A stretch of 62,140 bases of DNA, counting the filler, from Hausera hauseri (Eukaryota): NCBI GenBank assembly GCA_046269625.1. It is 12 parts of 12 records of this genome, joined end to end, with 100 filler letters (N's around TTAATTAATTAA, not from the genome) between each part and the next. Parts side by side here need not be neighbours in the genome. Positions count along the whole stretch, not along the records: positions 1 to 5,647 come from JBJURY010214411.1; positions 5,748 to 9,992 come from JBJURY010679218.1; positions 10,093 to 15,810 come from JBJURY010199525.1; 9 more parts are not named here. One strand, 5' to 3'. The translations under genes and the position numbers were made by a program. The notes below the pieces were generated by a model. That model ran no database searches, was not told the DNA's origin, and saw nothing but the letters and a program-made list of their open reading frames with translations. Positions 1 to 13,069 of the stretch are shown here, piece after piece (position 1 is the first letter of the stretch; every line of letters begins with the position of its first letter).

Positions 1-1637
1 ACGACCATATGAACGAAAGATCGGGAATAAGTAAGAGAAATGATGGTCATTTGTCACTAAATAAGTAAATGAAGAGATGATTTCGAGCGCCGCGGATATT
101 TTAGATTGTTTTTGTATAATTGTGTAGTTTAATAAATATTTGTCATAATAAATTGAACACTTAGTGAGACTATGATGTTGTCCTCTTATTAAGTGATTGA
201 TTCCCGTGCTGAAGTATATAACAATGGGAAATGAAGTTTTGGGTTGTGTATACGAGGGATATTGATGCAGTTATCGGAGAGGAAGTGCAAAGTTCTCGAA
301 TAATGAGATTACTGTGAAATCAAATGACTAAGAATGAATACGGACGGCAGAGTAATTGATATTTTGTATAAACACATTGCTGGATTTCGTGGACAGAGAT
401 CCATATGGTATCCGAGTAATGGAGAGGCGCCGTGTCCGATTGGGTGAAGTTGACCCGAATTTCTGTGCGAAAAAGGTATTCAGTCATGGCTATTATGCGT
501 GATTTCGGATGGGGAATCCGTGAACGTCAGCATCTTGTTGTTGTTGGTATACGTTGTAGTAATGGGGATTGTTGAAGACGATGAGGGAGACTAGAGGACA
601 ATATGTCAGACCCGTAATCTGTAAAACCCCTAATGTCATTGGTTATTCTAAAGAAAGCGAACTCCTCGACTGTTCCCGTTCGCAGTGACTTAGTGCGTTG
701 TCCATGATTTAGGAAAAAATGACTTCTTGTACTCGAAGATCTTTTTAATCAATAAACCAAGCGTCTGTCGAGTGTTATGGTAATATGTTATCTAATGAAT
801 AATAACAATATCGAAATGTTGATTCTCCACATAATATTACAGGTTAGATATGAAATATTGGGTCCGGGTCAAGAGAGTTATATGTGTTAATATGCCTTCA
901 TTGATTTATTAACATAAACATCTTATAATTATGAACATGTTAGTAGGGTGATTTTGGTCTCCAGTACGTGCGCAATGAATGTTTCGAAATCCTCATTGCT
1001 AATGATGATCGATGGAGTCGAGGGTCATACTGTCGAACATAACCAAGTGATAACCTTGTTTCAGGGCGAATAAAATTTTAAACAAGACGAGCAAAACATG
1101 TTGTGAATCACGATCATATCATCACTATGTGTTGTTTAGTATGATATTGTAATGGGATGGTTTAGCATTTGTTTGTAACGTGTGCAGAGGCGTCAGAATT
1201 GCGTAATTAGTGTTGGTTGCACCTGGTTTGGACTGGTAGTGGACAAGTCATTGATTGCCTTTGGTTCTTGATATTGTCGTTTTGTGGGTGCTAACCTATC
1301 CGGTGAGGTTTAATGTGAGTTGTGTCGATTTACATCGATCAAGTGATTGTTTCATAAAGATCTTTGTTAGTGATGCTTGATGTTGACCTTTTATAATGCG
1401 ATACATATTGTAGAATTGTAAAAATCATTATCTGAATAACGGATGGGGACTGACGGAATTTACTGCTTGCTGACATGTATAACGTGCGTTGTTTAGAAAA
1501 ATTTATAATGTATCCTGTTTGGAGAGCTGTGATCGTCGAGGTGATAGATTGAATTCCCGAATGGTGGTAGTATTGATAGGGTTAGGATAGTGCAAATAGC
1601 CTCTGTGGCATAAAAATTTAATTAAGGAATTACACCA

Positions 1638-1834
1638 TGGATTATACAATATACACATTCACAAGAATACAAGAACGAACTGATTACTTAGAACTTGTAA
1701 ATAGTAGACTTTATTACAAAAGGATTCCTCTAAACGCCCCGTAATCCTTTATATGTGGATACATAATAAGGTTGAAATAATACCCATGTATCCAACATAC
1801 CTAACTCCACTCACGTGGGTATCGGGTAACTTCA
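1638..1834 (-). repeat. Putative 3' LTR of the glycoprotein-bearing Gypsy element
   Basis: On the minus strand, purine-rich GGAAAGGATTATGGGGAAGC is followed by TG, then CATATAAAGG (TATA-like), AATAAA and a CA end. It lies downstream of pol and the accessory ORFs. No second copy is in the window, so the ends are approximate. Confidence 0.45.
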
Positions 1835-1879
1835 GCTTCCCCATAATCCTTTCCACTTGATACCCAACAATTATACTTC

Positions 1880-2676
1880 CGTATAGACAATAGAGCAATT
1901 CTTCACGAACAAGTTCGATGTCTCTTCCATTGATTAAATGCTCCTTAATTCCTGTAACTTCTGAATAAGTTTCGCGTACCCGTTTTCTGGGACTGATGAT
2001 CTTTGTGTAAATTTCGGATCCTATCTCTCGTACTGATACTCCAATTGGAATGTCGTCCTCATCATCTACTTCTCCGTAGTTTACGGATGATTCTAGAGTT
2101 TCTGGCGTCTTGTACTAATCGTAAAGAATACAGATGGTCATCTTGATCTTTCTCAGTGGGCCTCTGATTAAACCGTAAGGGTGGCAATTGAATAAATGGT
2201 GCGTCTTCATAGCATACTTCGATCATAAGCTTAACCGGTAATGCGGCAACTCGAAATTCTATTTCGCAATTATAGTGGTGAAAGTCTGTGCTGTTAATTA
2301 GAAAAGTACTGTATCTGCTCTGTCGTCCTTGTGACGTATCCCAATTTTGATCTTTTAATCTATAGATTTCTCCATCTGCTAGATGAATAAATAATTTGGT
2401 GATAAACCGGTTCATATTGAATGAGTTGTCGCAAGGCGCATGCTCGTATCTTTATCGTCCTTCATTGCGTACAATCGTACTGTTCTATTTTCTTATGTAC
2501 TTCCTTTCAATAGTTTGCTTATATTCTACAAAGTTTCTTCCATGTAATTCATTATTGATTTGTCGAAAGATCGATTTTGACTGAGGGATTAACACCGTTG
2601 CACAGTTCTGCAAGAAGTCATCGATACTACGTCGAACTTTTCCCGAATTCGTTTTCTGGATCTGGATACTTACCAT
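1880..2676 (-). pseudogene. Accessory ORF of unknown function between the second glycoprotein gene and the LTR
   Basis: ORF fragments 2485-2676 and 2062-2415 are co-oriented with pol. The ATG at 2676 directly follows an acceptor-like TTAACCTTTATATTTTAG. Confidence 0.4.
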
Positions 2677-2840
2677 TCTAAAATATAAAGGTTAATCTTA
2701 TGACAAAGTGTCGTTTTGAACCAAAACCAATTCTTTGTTTGATGATAGAATAACCCGATCTGTAATTTTCAAGTTATTTTATCATATACGTATTCTTGGG
2801 GTCCCAATATCTTTAATTCCCGTTCTATGATTTTATAGCG

Positions 2841-3900
2841 TTAAGTTTGGCAATTTATGGTAACTAATTGAAATATCGCGATACACATTACCAGCACAAA
2901 TGTTGACAAGCTTACGATCATTATGAGTAATGTAGTTAACCCTTCGGTTTCGGTAGTCGTTATCTCTAGTGATTTCTTGTCTTGTTTTTGCATGCATGTA
3001 ATGCTATTTGTATTTCTTCTAGGGTTTGTACTGCGAAGGTTCGGCTCTGCAGGTGTTTTGCATGTATTTGTATTATATATTCTGTCTTGGTTACTAATGA
3101 GTTGCATTCGGTGTGGTATGAGCCTTTCAATAAAGTTGTTTTTTTATTTCGACATTATAGTTGAGCTTCTCTTCCACCGAAAATATTTTGCGTTGCTGTA
3201 CCCCGCACTTTACAGGGACATTAAGTAATTTCTTTTTGTTCATTTTCTTTGTCGTAGTAAGCCTAACCGTAGTGCTTACTTTCCTAAATAATTGCTCAAT
3301 CTATTTGTTTGAATTCCAGAGGTCAAAATGAATCCTCTATTCATAACCTTCTAAAATCTTACAACAGATCCTAAGATCTTTGTTTTTGATGCTACAGTAA
3401 TTGGGAGTTGGACTTAACTCGTTTATTTTAGTTAATTGGATTAAGATCTCCCGGTTGTTTGGCAATCTTCCGTTTGTATCTATTTGGATACACTTGTTTT
3501 TGTTATCTTCGGAAATACCAACTGTTTTCATTCAACGCCCATCTAATTGGGTCGGTTGACTGTACTGTCACCGAACTCTGTTGCATTGATCTGTTCTTTG
3601 ACGGGTATTACTAGTTTTACTTGCGGTCTTATTGCTCCTTGTGTACGTTCGTAGTTTTTATAGTACATTCGTATTGTGAAGGTATAAATGTTTCCATAAT
3701 TTATGACACATCTTTCTCGAGCTCCATACGGAAAATCGCAATGGGTCATTACTCGTTTATTGGCGTTTCATAGAACTACTTGGTATTACTGATTTTCTCA
3801 CGGTTCCGTCCGTCTTAAATAGCACACAGTCTCGTCTTGGATCTATACTTTGGACCTTGAATCGATCTAAGGTGCTTAAGTCGTTCCTTTTTGTTCTTAC
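2841..3900 (-). pseudogene. Cys-containing type-I membrane glycoprotein (GP2) downstream of integrase
   Basis: Fragments DCVLFKT, THCDFPYGARERCVINY and KCIQIDTNGRLPNNREILIQLT..PNYCSIKNKDLRICCKILEG, with a C-terminal hydrophobic anchor LTTLLIMIVSLSTFVLVMCIAIFQLV. Aligns with 29580-30365. Confidence 0.65.
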
Positions 3901-3904
3901 TAAT

Positions 3905-5647
3905 TTATCTTTCATCCATTTGTTTAGTTGTTGCATCCATCTTGCTTGAGCCTTGGCTTTCGGAATATATGAAACTATCAGTGATAGTGCTAAGACTATT
4001 TGTATGTAAGACGGGTCTGGTAACTATAGACGAGTTTTTGGTTTTTCTACATTTCGTATCCTTTATACGCAGTTGGTGTCGTTTATCCGGTTTTATCTCC
4101 GCTTTCACTACTCGTTGCACTGACACTACTTTCTTTCCGTTTTTATTGATATATACGGTAGTGGGTGTGATTCTGATAACTTCATTAGGTCCTCTTTCGG
4201 TACGCGTGAGCTTTAATAATGTGCCTTTAGCTACGGGATAGTACACAAACTCAATCTCCGTTCCTTAAATAGTGCGGTTTTGCCTTATCGTATTGCTTCT
4301 TAAATCCTTGGTATTCTAATGATAGTGTCTTTGCTACTTCCCAACACTTTTGTAGTCTGACCTGTAGAACTTCTACAAAATTTGGTTCTAGCTCTTCAAT
4401 GTTTGCTTCATACGGAATCATTCCTAAGTCCGTAGGTAATGCCAATTCATATCCGATACTTTCTTTGCTTACGTCTGTTTTAATAATAAACGGTAAGTTA
4501 AAATCAGGATATCTCAGTACTGGTTTGCTAATTAGTATCTTCATTTTGTCGAACGCCTTTTGTTCAATATCGGTCTATCTCCATTTCGTTCCCTTTTTTA
4601 ATAATCGGTATAATGGCGCATTGATTTTTGAGTTATCCGGTACGTAGGTAGCACAGTATCCACATAGACCTAACCAATGTTTCAGTTCCTTTTGATTCTG
4701 AGGTTCCATACACTCCGAAACTTTATTTAGTAATGATCTATCCGGCTTGGATTCTCCTTCGCCAACTATATGACCAAGATAGCACACGGCGTTTTGAGCC
4801 CATCTACATTTCTTTGAGTTCAGCTTGAACCCGGCCTGTTATAATCTCATAAGAGTGTCCTCAATATCCTTCAGATGCTCTTTTTCGTCTTTTGATGCAA
4901 TCATTACGTCATCTAAGTACGCAAATGCATGTTCAAGTCCCATTAGCATTTTATTCATTCTGGTAAATATGGCTGGGCCAGTGGTAATTCCAAATGGCAT
5001 AATGTTGAATTCGTATACGCCATCATGAGTTTTAAACGCTGTTTTATAACGATCTTCATCCTCAATCTCTACATACCAATATCCGGATTGTAAGTCCAGA
5101 GTGGCGAACCATTTCGCTCCTGAGAGCCTATCTAGAGCCTTTTTCACAGATGGTAAGGGAAAAGAATCTTTCATCATGAGAGTATTCAATGCTCTATAAT
5201 CAATACAGAACCTGTTTCGTGATACCTTTATTTTTGACCATAAGAATAGGTGAATACCATGACTGGAAACTTGGTCGAATTATATCTGCTTTTAACATAC
5301 GTTCTACCTCCTTGGTTATCTCCGGCCTTAGGGAACGCGGTTGCTGATACCATTGTGGCATTTTCTGTTCCTCGATATCAATTTCATCGTTTGAACCAGG
5401 CTTTTTCTTAAGTGGTATAGTTAATTTTAACGTCTTTGCTCGGCCTGTCTTCGTCCTTCGCAATGCTTGATTTATATCGACATAATAATTTGTAAAACTG
5501 GCAATAAGTTTCGGGTGAAAACTTCGTATCAACATGTGGTGGAAATTTAGCGTATTTATACGGTTTCTCTTCAACCGTTATTGCTGATACTTTGTATGTA
5601 TGCCCTAGAGTAGTGTTAGCGTATAATCTTACTGGAATTTGAGCCTT
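3905..5647 (-). mobile_element. Ty3/Gypsy pol remnant (RT, RNase H start, integrase GPY/F tail); most of RNase H and integrase deleted
   Basis: WFATLDLQSGYW, KTAF, MPFGI, AYLDD, YLGHIV, PVLRYPDFNLPFIIKTD and GPNEVIRI. 5560-5647 closely matches 15911-16100, so it is the same family as the contig-4 element. Confidence 0.92.
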
Positions 5648-5747
5648 NNNNNNNNNNNNNNNNNNNNNNNNNNNNNNNNNNNNNNNNNNNNTTAATTAAT
5701 TAANNNNNNNNNNNNNNNNNNNNNNNNNNNNNNNNNNNNNNNNNNNN
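5648..5747. other. Artificial contig spacer (44 N + TTAATTAATTAA six-frame stop linker + 44 N); first of 11
   Basis: Identical 100-nt spacers at 5648-5747, 9993-10092, 15811-15910, 21094-21193, 25154-25253, 30366-30465, 36584-36683, 41115-41214, 45565-45664, 49943-50042 and 55497-55596. Confidence 0.98.
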
Positions 5748-7234
5748 ACTTCGAATCCAACCTGTTTAAAGCTCTTGTCAATCGATTAGGAATTAACGAC
5801 ATTCACACGTCATCATATCATCCTCAATAGATTGGCCTTCTCGAACGCTTTCATTGAAGGATAAAAACGTCTCTTAAAATCCTTGCTGAGTCCAATCGCA
5901 GTTGGACCACACTGCTTCCGTATGTTATGTTTGGCTGGCAGAACACACCATCTACTGCTACAGGTTGTTCAGCTGCAGAAGCATTATTTGTTACTTCTAT
6001 CAGACCATTATTCGAGCTGGCTGAGCTGGACAATATTCCTACGGATGAAACCATACAAGCGGCCCAGAGACACTTCGTTGACATCAGCAAAGACCCACTT
6101 TGTAGACTATTACACGGAAATAAACCTTACATAGCCGACGATTTATACACTGCCAAGTTCGTGTAGCTAAAGAATCAGACGCAGTGTGGTTTTTAGCCTC
6201 AATATGTTGGCCCTTACAAAGTAATTCGTTTACACTCACACAACATCATAATCCTCAAAGACAACAAAGAAGTAACAGTCCACATCAACAACGATAAGCC
6301 GGGTTTTTTCATTGACGATACGTCTCCAATCGAAACCACTTCGCCACCAACATCTTTATACGACGCGCAGCAATCCAGCAATTCACCTTCCATCTCTGCT
6401 CAATTCTTTAACCCACTTTCCCCTACGTTTTCTCTCAAGATTTCTACTTCAATTTTTTCTCACAGTTCATCCCCTTTTTCCTCATCCGATTTTGCACCTT
6501 TAAGCCTTTAACACCTCTTTCATGCCCTGGTGGCAACCTGCTTTATCCTCTTACAATACCTCCTCCGCCAAAGATTATTTCGACTTCACCAATCCCTCCA
6601 TCTACCCCTTTCGTCACTCCAATTTCTTGCATACCACCTTCCAACGACTTTCCTTCGCCTTCTCCATCTTCTTGCTCTTTTCCGCTTTGTCTTTTTTCAC
6701 CGTTCTTGCTCTGTCTTTCTCCTTACACACCTTCCTCATCTTCGGCTTTTTTCTTTCTATCTTTCGCTTTACACATCGTCTTTTACCCCTTTCATGTCCG
6801 CTTCGCAACTTCCTCCTCTCTCTACTTCTATCCCTATCTCTTTTCCTCTCTCTATGACTATCTCTGTTTCATCTTCCACTTCCACTCTGTCGCCTAATGC
6901 AATTCCAATTACCATTTCAAATTTCGTCTCTCCTCCTTCATTCGCTACTACACCTCTTGTTAGTCCCTTGTCTTCAAACACTCTCTTAAACACCTTCAAC
7001 CATCCATCTCCTACAATCTCTCTTCCTACTTCGCCTTCTTCGTCTCCTCTTCTTTCTGACTCGTCTTTGCATGATACAACACTCACAACAAAATCTGACA
7101 ATTTTTTCCCCAACCTCAAACTCTGCAAGCAAACACATCGCATAAAAACAAAACACGCAGTCACATTTAGCAAGTATAACAGGGAAAAATCAGCAGAAGG
7201 CATCCAACGTCTTGTCCACACTAAGACCAACTGA
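5748..7234 (+). mobile_element. Gypsy integrase C-terminal half with a long Ser/Pro/Leu-rich (CT-rich) tail (Ubl-Gag family)
   Basis: FESNLF, SYHPQ.IGLLERFH, GWQNT, YVGPYKV and VHINN.KP. Homologous to 40047-41114 and 44383-45564. Confidence 0.9.
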
Positions 7235-7314
7235 CACACTTTTTCGTTTAGCGATTTTTTCATTCCGTCTGTTTTGATATTTATAGCTATCACTTTGCCA
7301 CGGGAGTGGGGTTT

Positions 7315-7445
7315 TGTGGTGCACACAGCGGCCGGCGCACTTTGGTCCATTTGGTCGGGCACGGTCGGGCGTCCGCCGCCGCCGCATCGGGTCCATAGTT
7401 GGGACAGATTCCCCGCCTCAAAAATTTTCGCGAGCAGAAATCTCA
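7315..7445 (+). repeat. Short GC-rich 3' LTR (~131 bp) preceded by a polypurine tract
   Basis: PPT-like GGGAGTGGGG, then TGTGGTGCAC...AAATCTCA. Homology with 44171-44300 ends at the same CA. Confidence 0.7.
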
Positions 7446-9468
7446 GACCAGTGCTTCTACATTTCGACACGTTTCAGCTAATTTGAAAGTCCAATTCGCC
7501 GGAAGGATATTATCCATATTGCCGATATACTGGAATATAAAGTGCTGGTTGTGTCCGTCAACTGCTGGAACAATAAAAGCGAGTGTTACCGAGTCATAAA
7601 ACCCATCAGACTTCCACAATTGCTAGCGCATGTGTCAAATCAATTTTTTGTCGAATACAAAAGCCCAATTAGGTTTTCAAATCTTTAAGGGAACATCTTT
7701 GTAAGATATTTCCGCATCAGGTCTCATTAAAAAATAAATTTGACCCAGTTTATCCAAATTTCCTCAGCCATACTCGATCAAATCAAATACGACACCCATG
7801 CTACTAGTCCGCGAGCTCATTATTCGGCAATGCTCGAACTTTTCGGTATCGAAATTTCGGAATCTTCCCCTCTAATAAATCTATATCAATATTTGGTAAA
7901 AATGAACGAAATAATCAATACGGAATCGTTGACAGAAATGAAACAAAAACTAAAAGAAAAAGTCGGTGTACTAGTTTGTCGTCTGAGTGTACTTTCGGAT
8001 AAAATGTTAATTTTGTATGGATCATCTGCATCAGAAAAAAAATCGTTTACTGCGAAATATTATGCAAATTTCTTAGTAGTCATTCAAAATATCAGTAGTT
8101 TTCGGTTCATATGGACTGCAGAGATTTTTTGGGCATGAATACAGTGACGGTGATGCAAAAAAATTATAGACAGTTTCTCGGAATGCTTGTTTTGTCCATC
8201 GTCTCTACTTTGTTTGGATCGTCTTGATTGTTTAATTCCTAACTGTGACAGTGAAACTTTAAATGATGCTGATAATTTTCACCTCTCGAGGGTGGATCCG
8301 GTTTCTGAAGGTTTCTTCGAAGATATCAGTAATGTGAATTTGACAAGATAATTGTTATTGTCATTACCAAAAGTTCTAGTACTTTCGGTAGAAGCCAAAT
8401 TAAACTTAATGAATTTTTCGACTTCGTTATTGATGTATCCGTATTTGCAAAGATAACATTGTTTGTCAGCTATTGAATTTGGTAAAGACTCAGACAATAA
8501 CTGTTTGATGAGTGGCAATGATCTTTCAGACTTTAAACAACATTTAATGATTCAATTTAATAATTCGCTTAACGGTTACGGTTGTACCTTTCGTAGAAAT
8601 CAGATTTTACTAAATTTTATAAAAAATCATTAGATGTTAATTTGAATGCCGTGGAAAACTGAGGTGTCGGAATTTGAAGATATACTCAATTCATACACAC
8701 AATAAATTAAGAAAAGCCGATAACTTGATTCCAGAGAAGAAAATTCTGTTTTCAGATCTATATGGCTTAGACGACGCTAAAAAACTCCATGAACTCTTTA
8801 TCTGGTCGTTGAAGTATCAATCGTCATTTTCCAAGTGTCCGATTAAGCTGCACCAAGGTCTTTTGCTTTATGGTTTTCCAGGTTGCGGTAAAAGTCATCT
8901 TGCAATTTCGCTGGCCTTGACAGTATGGGTATTACGGATAGGGTAGTGAATCAGTTACTAACTGAAATCGACGGTATTTCAAGTTTAAAACAGTTGAAAA
9001 TTTTCATAATAGTTTGTTCAAACCGACCAGATCCTATTGATCCAGCTATATTAAGACCAGGAAGAAACAGTTGCAAAGTATATTGTTATCCTCCGACTAA
9101 TGTGATTAAAACAATCGAAGTTCTTGAATTTTTATTGAAGAAATCCTGCTTGTTTTTTTGCAGAAGACTTTGAGGAACTGAACAAATATTAGACTTTAAA
9201 AAAATCAGATGAAAATTGGTTGCAATTTAATTCATACGCTGATTTGCTGACTGTTGTCAATGAGGCGAAAAGGAATTGCATTTTTAAATGTAGCTGAAGT
9301 AAACGGCGTCGTTTTCAAATAGACATCAAGGATTTTATTAAAGCCGTGGATTCATCAAGATACTCACTTAATAAAGCACAGATAGCAGATCATATAATTA
9401 AATATTAAAGTTTTCAAGGTGAAAGAAAAATCGAGAAACAATTTATGTGGAAATCCACATTAGCTTAA
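7446..9468 (+). pseudogene. PEX1: Peroxisomal AAA ATPase PEX1, degraded
   Basis: D2 AAA motifs KCPIKLHQGLLLYGFPGCGKS, GITDRVVNQLLTEIDG, SNRPDPIDPAILRPGR, and a C-terminus KSTLA* like PEX1 KVTLA. The Walker B segment is deleted and there are several stops and frameshifts. Confidence 0.8.
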
Positions 9469-10092
9469 TATTTTAGTGATCTCTTTTTTATTTTCTTCAT
9501 TCACACAGTTGACCTATTATACAAGTTTATGTTTTGGCATTCTAAATTTTTCAATGGTATTTTTGTGTATTGTATGCTAAATGATTTACAAATACAAATT
9601 TTAAAGCAGGTTCATTTTTACGAAACATTAAGGATCGACATAAAGACAGAAACATCCCAGGGTGCTGTGGTTTGCCAGATAACTAAATAGTACAAACTGC
9701 ACAGCAAGAATAGGTCAGAGCAACGTTTTAGTGAAGAAATTCCCATGAACAAAAATTATTATTAGCCCATTCAAAATCAACATTCGGATTCTTAGTATAC
9801 ACCCACATCGAATGTAATACCAAAAGATAACAAAATGGTATGGCATAACCAGAAACTGTAGACTAAACGAATATTTATATCTTGCTGGAACAGCCTACAG
9901 CCCATTGTCTTGTCTTGTCTTTGATTTATAGTCATCAAGCTCTTATTGACTTTGATGCCAATATATGGTACTATGCAGTTTTAATAAGCTGCNNNNNNNN
10001 NNNNNNNNNNNNNNNNNNNNNNNNNNNNNNNNNNNNTTAATTAATTAANNNNNNNNNNNNNNNNNNNNNNNNNNNNNNNNNNNNNNNNNNNN

Positions 10093-11630
10093 TTAAATCA
10101 ACTTTCGCCAGTGAGTGTCAGATTCTCTGCAAGAATATTCAAAATTTATTGATTTATTACCGTTAATTTTGGTGTCTTATGATAGCTCTGTTGAAAAGTT
10201 AGTCCAAATGTTTCAATCTTGTGTGAAAAACCTGATATCAAAGTTGTACAATGATTTTCAGATAATCGCATCAAATCGACAAACATAGGACGTATTATTT
10301 CTATTACTTAGTGACTCAACAGCTCTACAGCTCACAAGTCCTCTTTTGAATGTGAAGCCGAAATGTGAAGATATTGGTGTTTATTTCTTTGAACAGAAAG
10401 TATTTTCTGATTTTCAAAAACTGTTTTCACGTCAATTAATTGAAAGATGCTTCAATGAATTAGTATCTGTTGTTTTGGAAGATAGCAAGTCTAATCTTTG
10501 GAATGAACTTAAAGAATTTCACGAAAATATGAGTTGGTTATCCAATTCAAGCGTGGCATTTATATTTGGAACGACTCTGGCACATACTTAGTATAACTTG
10601 TTCCATTCAAATATCGAGAGATATTTTATATGATGTACTAACGACAAGTTTGGAATTTCTCATTCAGCGTTATGCAGCGGCTAATTCACCAAAAAGAAGA
10701 TATTCAGGCTGCTTTTGTCAAATTTCATTAAACCGGAAAAATAAAAATTTAATTTCGAGTCCAAAAAATATCTGAGGTTGACCCGAGTTTATGTAATCGG
10801 GTCACTTTGGAAATTTTTCTGGAGTCAAAACAGTTTGAAACAGTAAAAATTGTTGAGGTTATTTGCCACAATAAGATGAGTATATCCAGGAAACTTCTTG
10901 TGCATTTGTCTCAGCAACCTGTTCAATATGAATCTCAATATGAAAAGCTTTGCCCAATATTTATAGCATTTTATCGTGTCATGTCATTCATAACAGATCC
11001 ATTCAATTATTTTCATTCCATTCTGATTAATATGATTAACAGCAACAACGCTTGGTGCGAATTTCATCGGGATGAAAAGTCACACTCTGTGGCTTGGTTA
11101 GCATCTTTGTATGAAACATGTTTTCCATATGTCGATTCCATTGTTACTGACATCATTAATTATCAAAATCATACGCAGAAAAGTCACTTGAATTTTAATT
11201 CACTTATATTTCCAGATAATTTATTGCCATGTGGTTGTGAATGTACAAATCTGAAGGTTACGGACATGAAAGATGAAAATTCAGATTTCTTCAAGAAAGC
11301 TGTTCAAGACCAAGTTCTCAACTGGTTTCACATTCTAACAGCGATGAAGGTTCATATTCCGATGAAAGAATTCTTAACAATGTTTGCAATTGGAGTTACA
11401 TGCACACGAGATCCAATACTGCTTGTTGACGGTAGTTCAAGTGAACCAAGTAGACCGTCCCTTAGCCATCAATATGAGTCTGTTTTGTTCTGGTAGTGAT
11501 ACCGGTGGTGGCATTTACCACCCTGAAGTGAATTAGCCCAATGAAATGGATGCTGCTTGCCAATATGGTGGCCATTACGGTGGAGTTAGAGACGAGCACA
11601 GATCAGTACTCAGTTTTGTCCTGCTTGTGC
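10093..11630 (+). pseudogene. KIAA0825-like protein fragment
   Basis: SVVLEDSKSNLWNELKEFHE and ILYDVLTTSLEFLIQRYAAANSPKRR resemble recalled KIAA0825 motifs; frameshifted. Confidence 0.55.
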
Positions 11631-13069
11631 ATGATGATTCAAAATTACATTAATCGGCTTATCAAATATCTACTCGATAAACTCATTAGAAAATATGTTG
11701 AGAATTTTACCAGTGACAATGAGCAAACGGGCTTTCGGCAGGGTAACATCAGATTAGTGAAATTGTCGTTGAAAAGTAATGTGCTCACTGATTTGGCTTA
11801 TTTTCCAATTGTTGTAAAGAAAAGAATTATTGGTAGCGTCACATTGAGAGTTCCCTATACCCAACTTCGGAGTCACGCTTATGCAATAATGTTTAAAGAT
11901 ATCTATATAATTGCCGGAAGAAATGAAAATATGGAGATATCCCGCCACAAAATACCTCAGAACGAAGTCATTCTCAAAAAAACAATCCTCGATACACTTG
12001 AATCGAAATGGATAAAGAAAATGAAACAGCCATCCAATTCGGATAAATCCGATTCTAACACGTGGTCGTCGTATATCGCATCATTGGGTTACCGAATTCT
12101 TCAAAACACACAGATTGAAATTAGAAATATTCACGTTAGATACGAAGCCGAAATTACCATTTCAGATAGAATATTCGCCGTTGGATTTATCACCGATAAA
12201 GTATCGGTCAAGACTGTAAATGTATAAGATTATACGTCGATCTAGATTACATTTGTTGCTCTGAAGTTACCGAATGAGCTGAAATGAGGATTCCGCTAGA
12301 TAATAAGAAAACACCATGGAAAGAAGCTGATTAGATGGTAAGACCAATTTCGTTGAGTGATAAAATGAAGAGACTTAACACTCCATTGCCACTGGTCGAC
12401 AGACCGAGAATTAAACTTCAGGTCGAAACGAAAGAACAGGAATTGGAAATGACACGTTCACAGTACCAAGCAACAATTGTAGCGATTAGTGAATTAAACA
12501 TACTAGAACATCGGCTTTTTAATACAAAACTCCGACCGCACAAGATTATTAAAGAGTTATCTATCGATTGGTGGCGCTTCTCTGTCAATGCAAATATTCG
12601 ACGCACACTTCCAGTTGAACATACGATACGTAGATTTCAAAAGTCAGAAGATATAAAATCTCATGAAGAATATTTGCTTGGATTAACAGTTTTAGATGAA
12701 GCATTAAATGATGAACTTGAAAGTTCTTTAGATATCGATCTCATTATATTTTTACGGGAAGTAACTGTTTATCGAGCAAATTGTAGATTTTCTGACAGTA
12801 CTATTCCATGATTTCTGGGTGCAAAAGTCAGAAGCAACGACACGGTGGTTGTCTTATATTTGGGGATTCAGATAGAACCGACCTCAGCCGATTGTGTCAT
12901 CGATACCATCCAATCCAACGACCATCAGTATCGGTAATCAGGGCGACTTCCTTTTGCAGCAGCAGAAGATTCTCAATTCGATATCACCACGACCGTATGA
13001 CGTTAGTAATTTGTTCTTATTGAATGTCATATCGACAGTCTACGCTAAATTGCTGAAGGGAAATTTGGA
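11631..13069 (+). pseudogene. VPS13: VPS13-family (VPS13D-like) chorein N-terminal fragment
   Basis: KYLLDKLIRKYVENF..GNIRLVKLSLK..FPIVVKKRIIGSVTLRVPY, ILQNTQIEIRNIHVRYE, RPRIKLQV and WWRFSVNA. Truncated by a Gypsy element at about 13070. Confidence 0.82.

Noticed and set aside
1-1620. Sequence with a decayed-coding look
   Set aside because: No ORF of 60 aa or more and no recognisable motif in the frames I translated
5692-5703. TTAATTAATTAA palindrome recurring about every 4-6 kb
   Set aside because: It is an assembly linker centred in N-runs, not a biological repeat. ORFs containing X across spacers are also artefacts.
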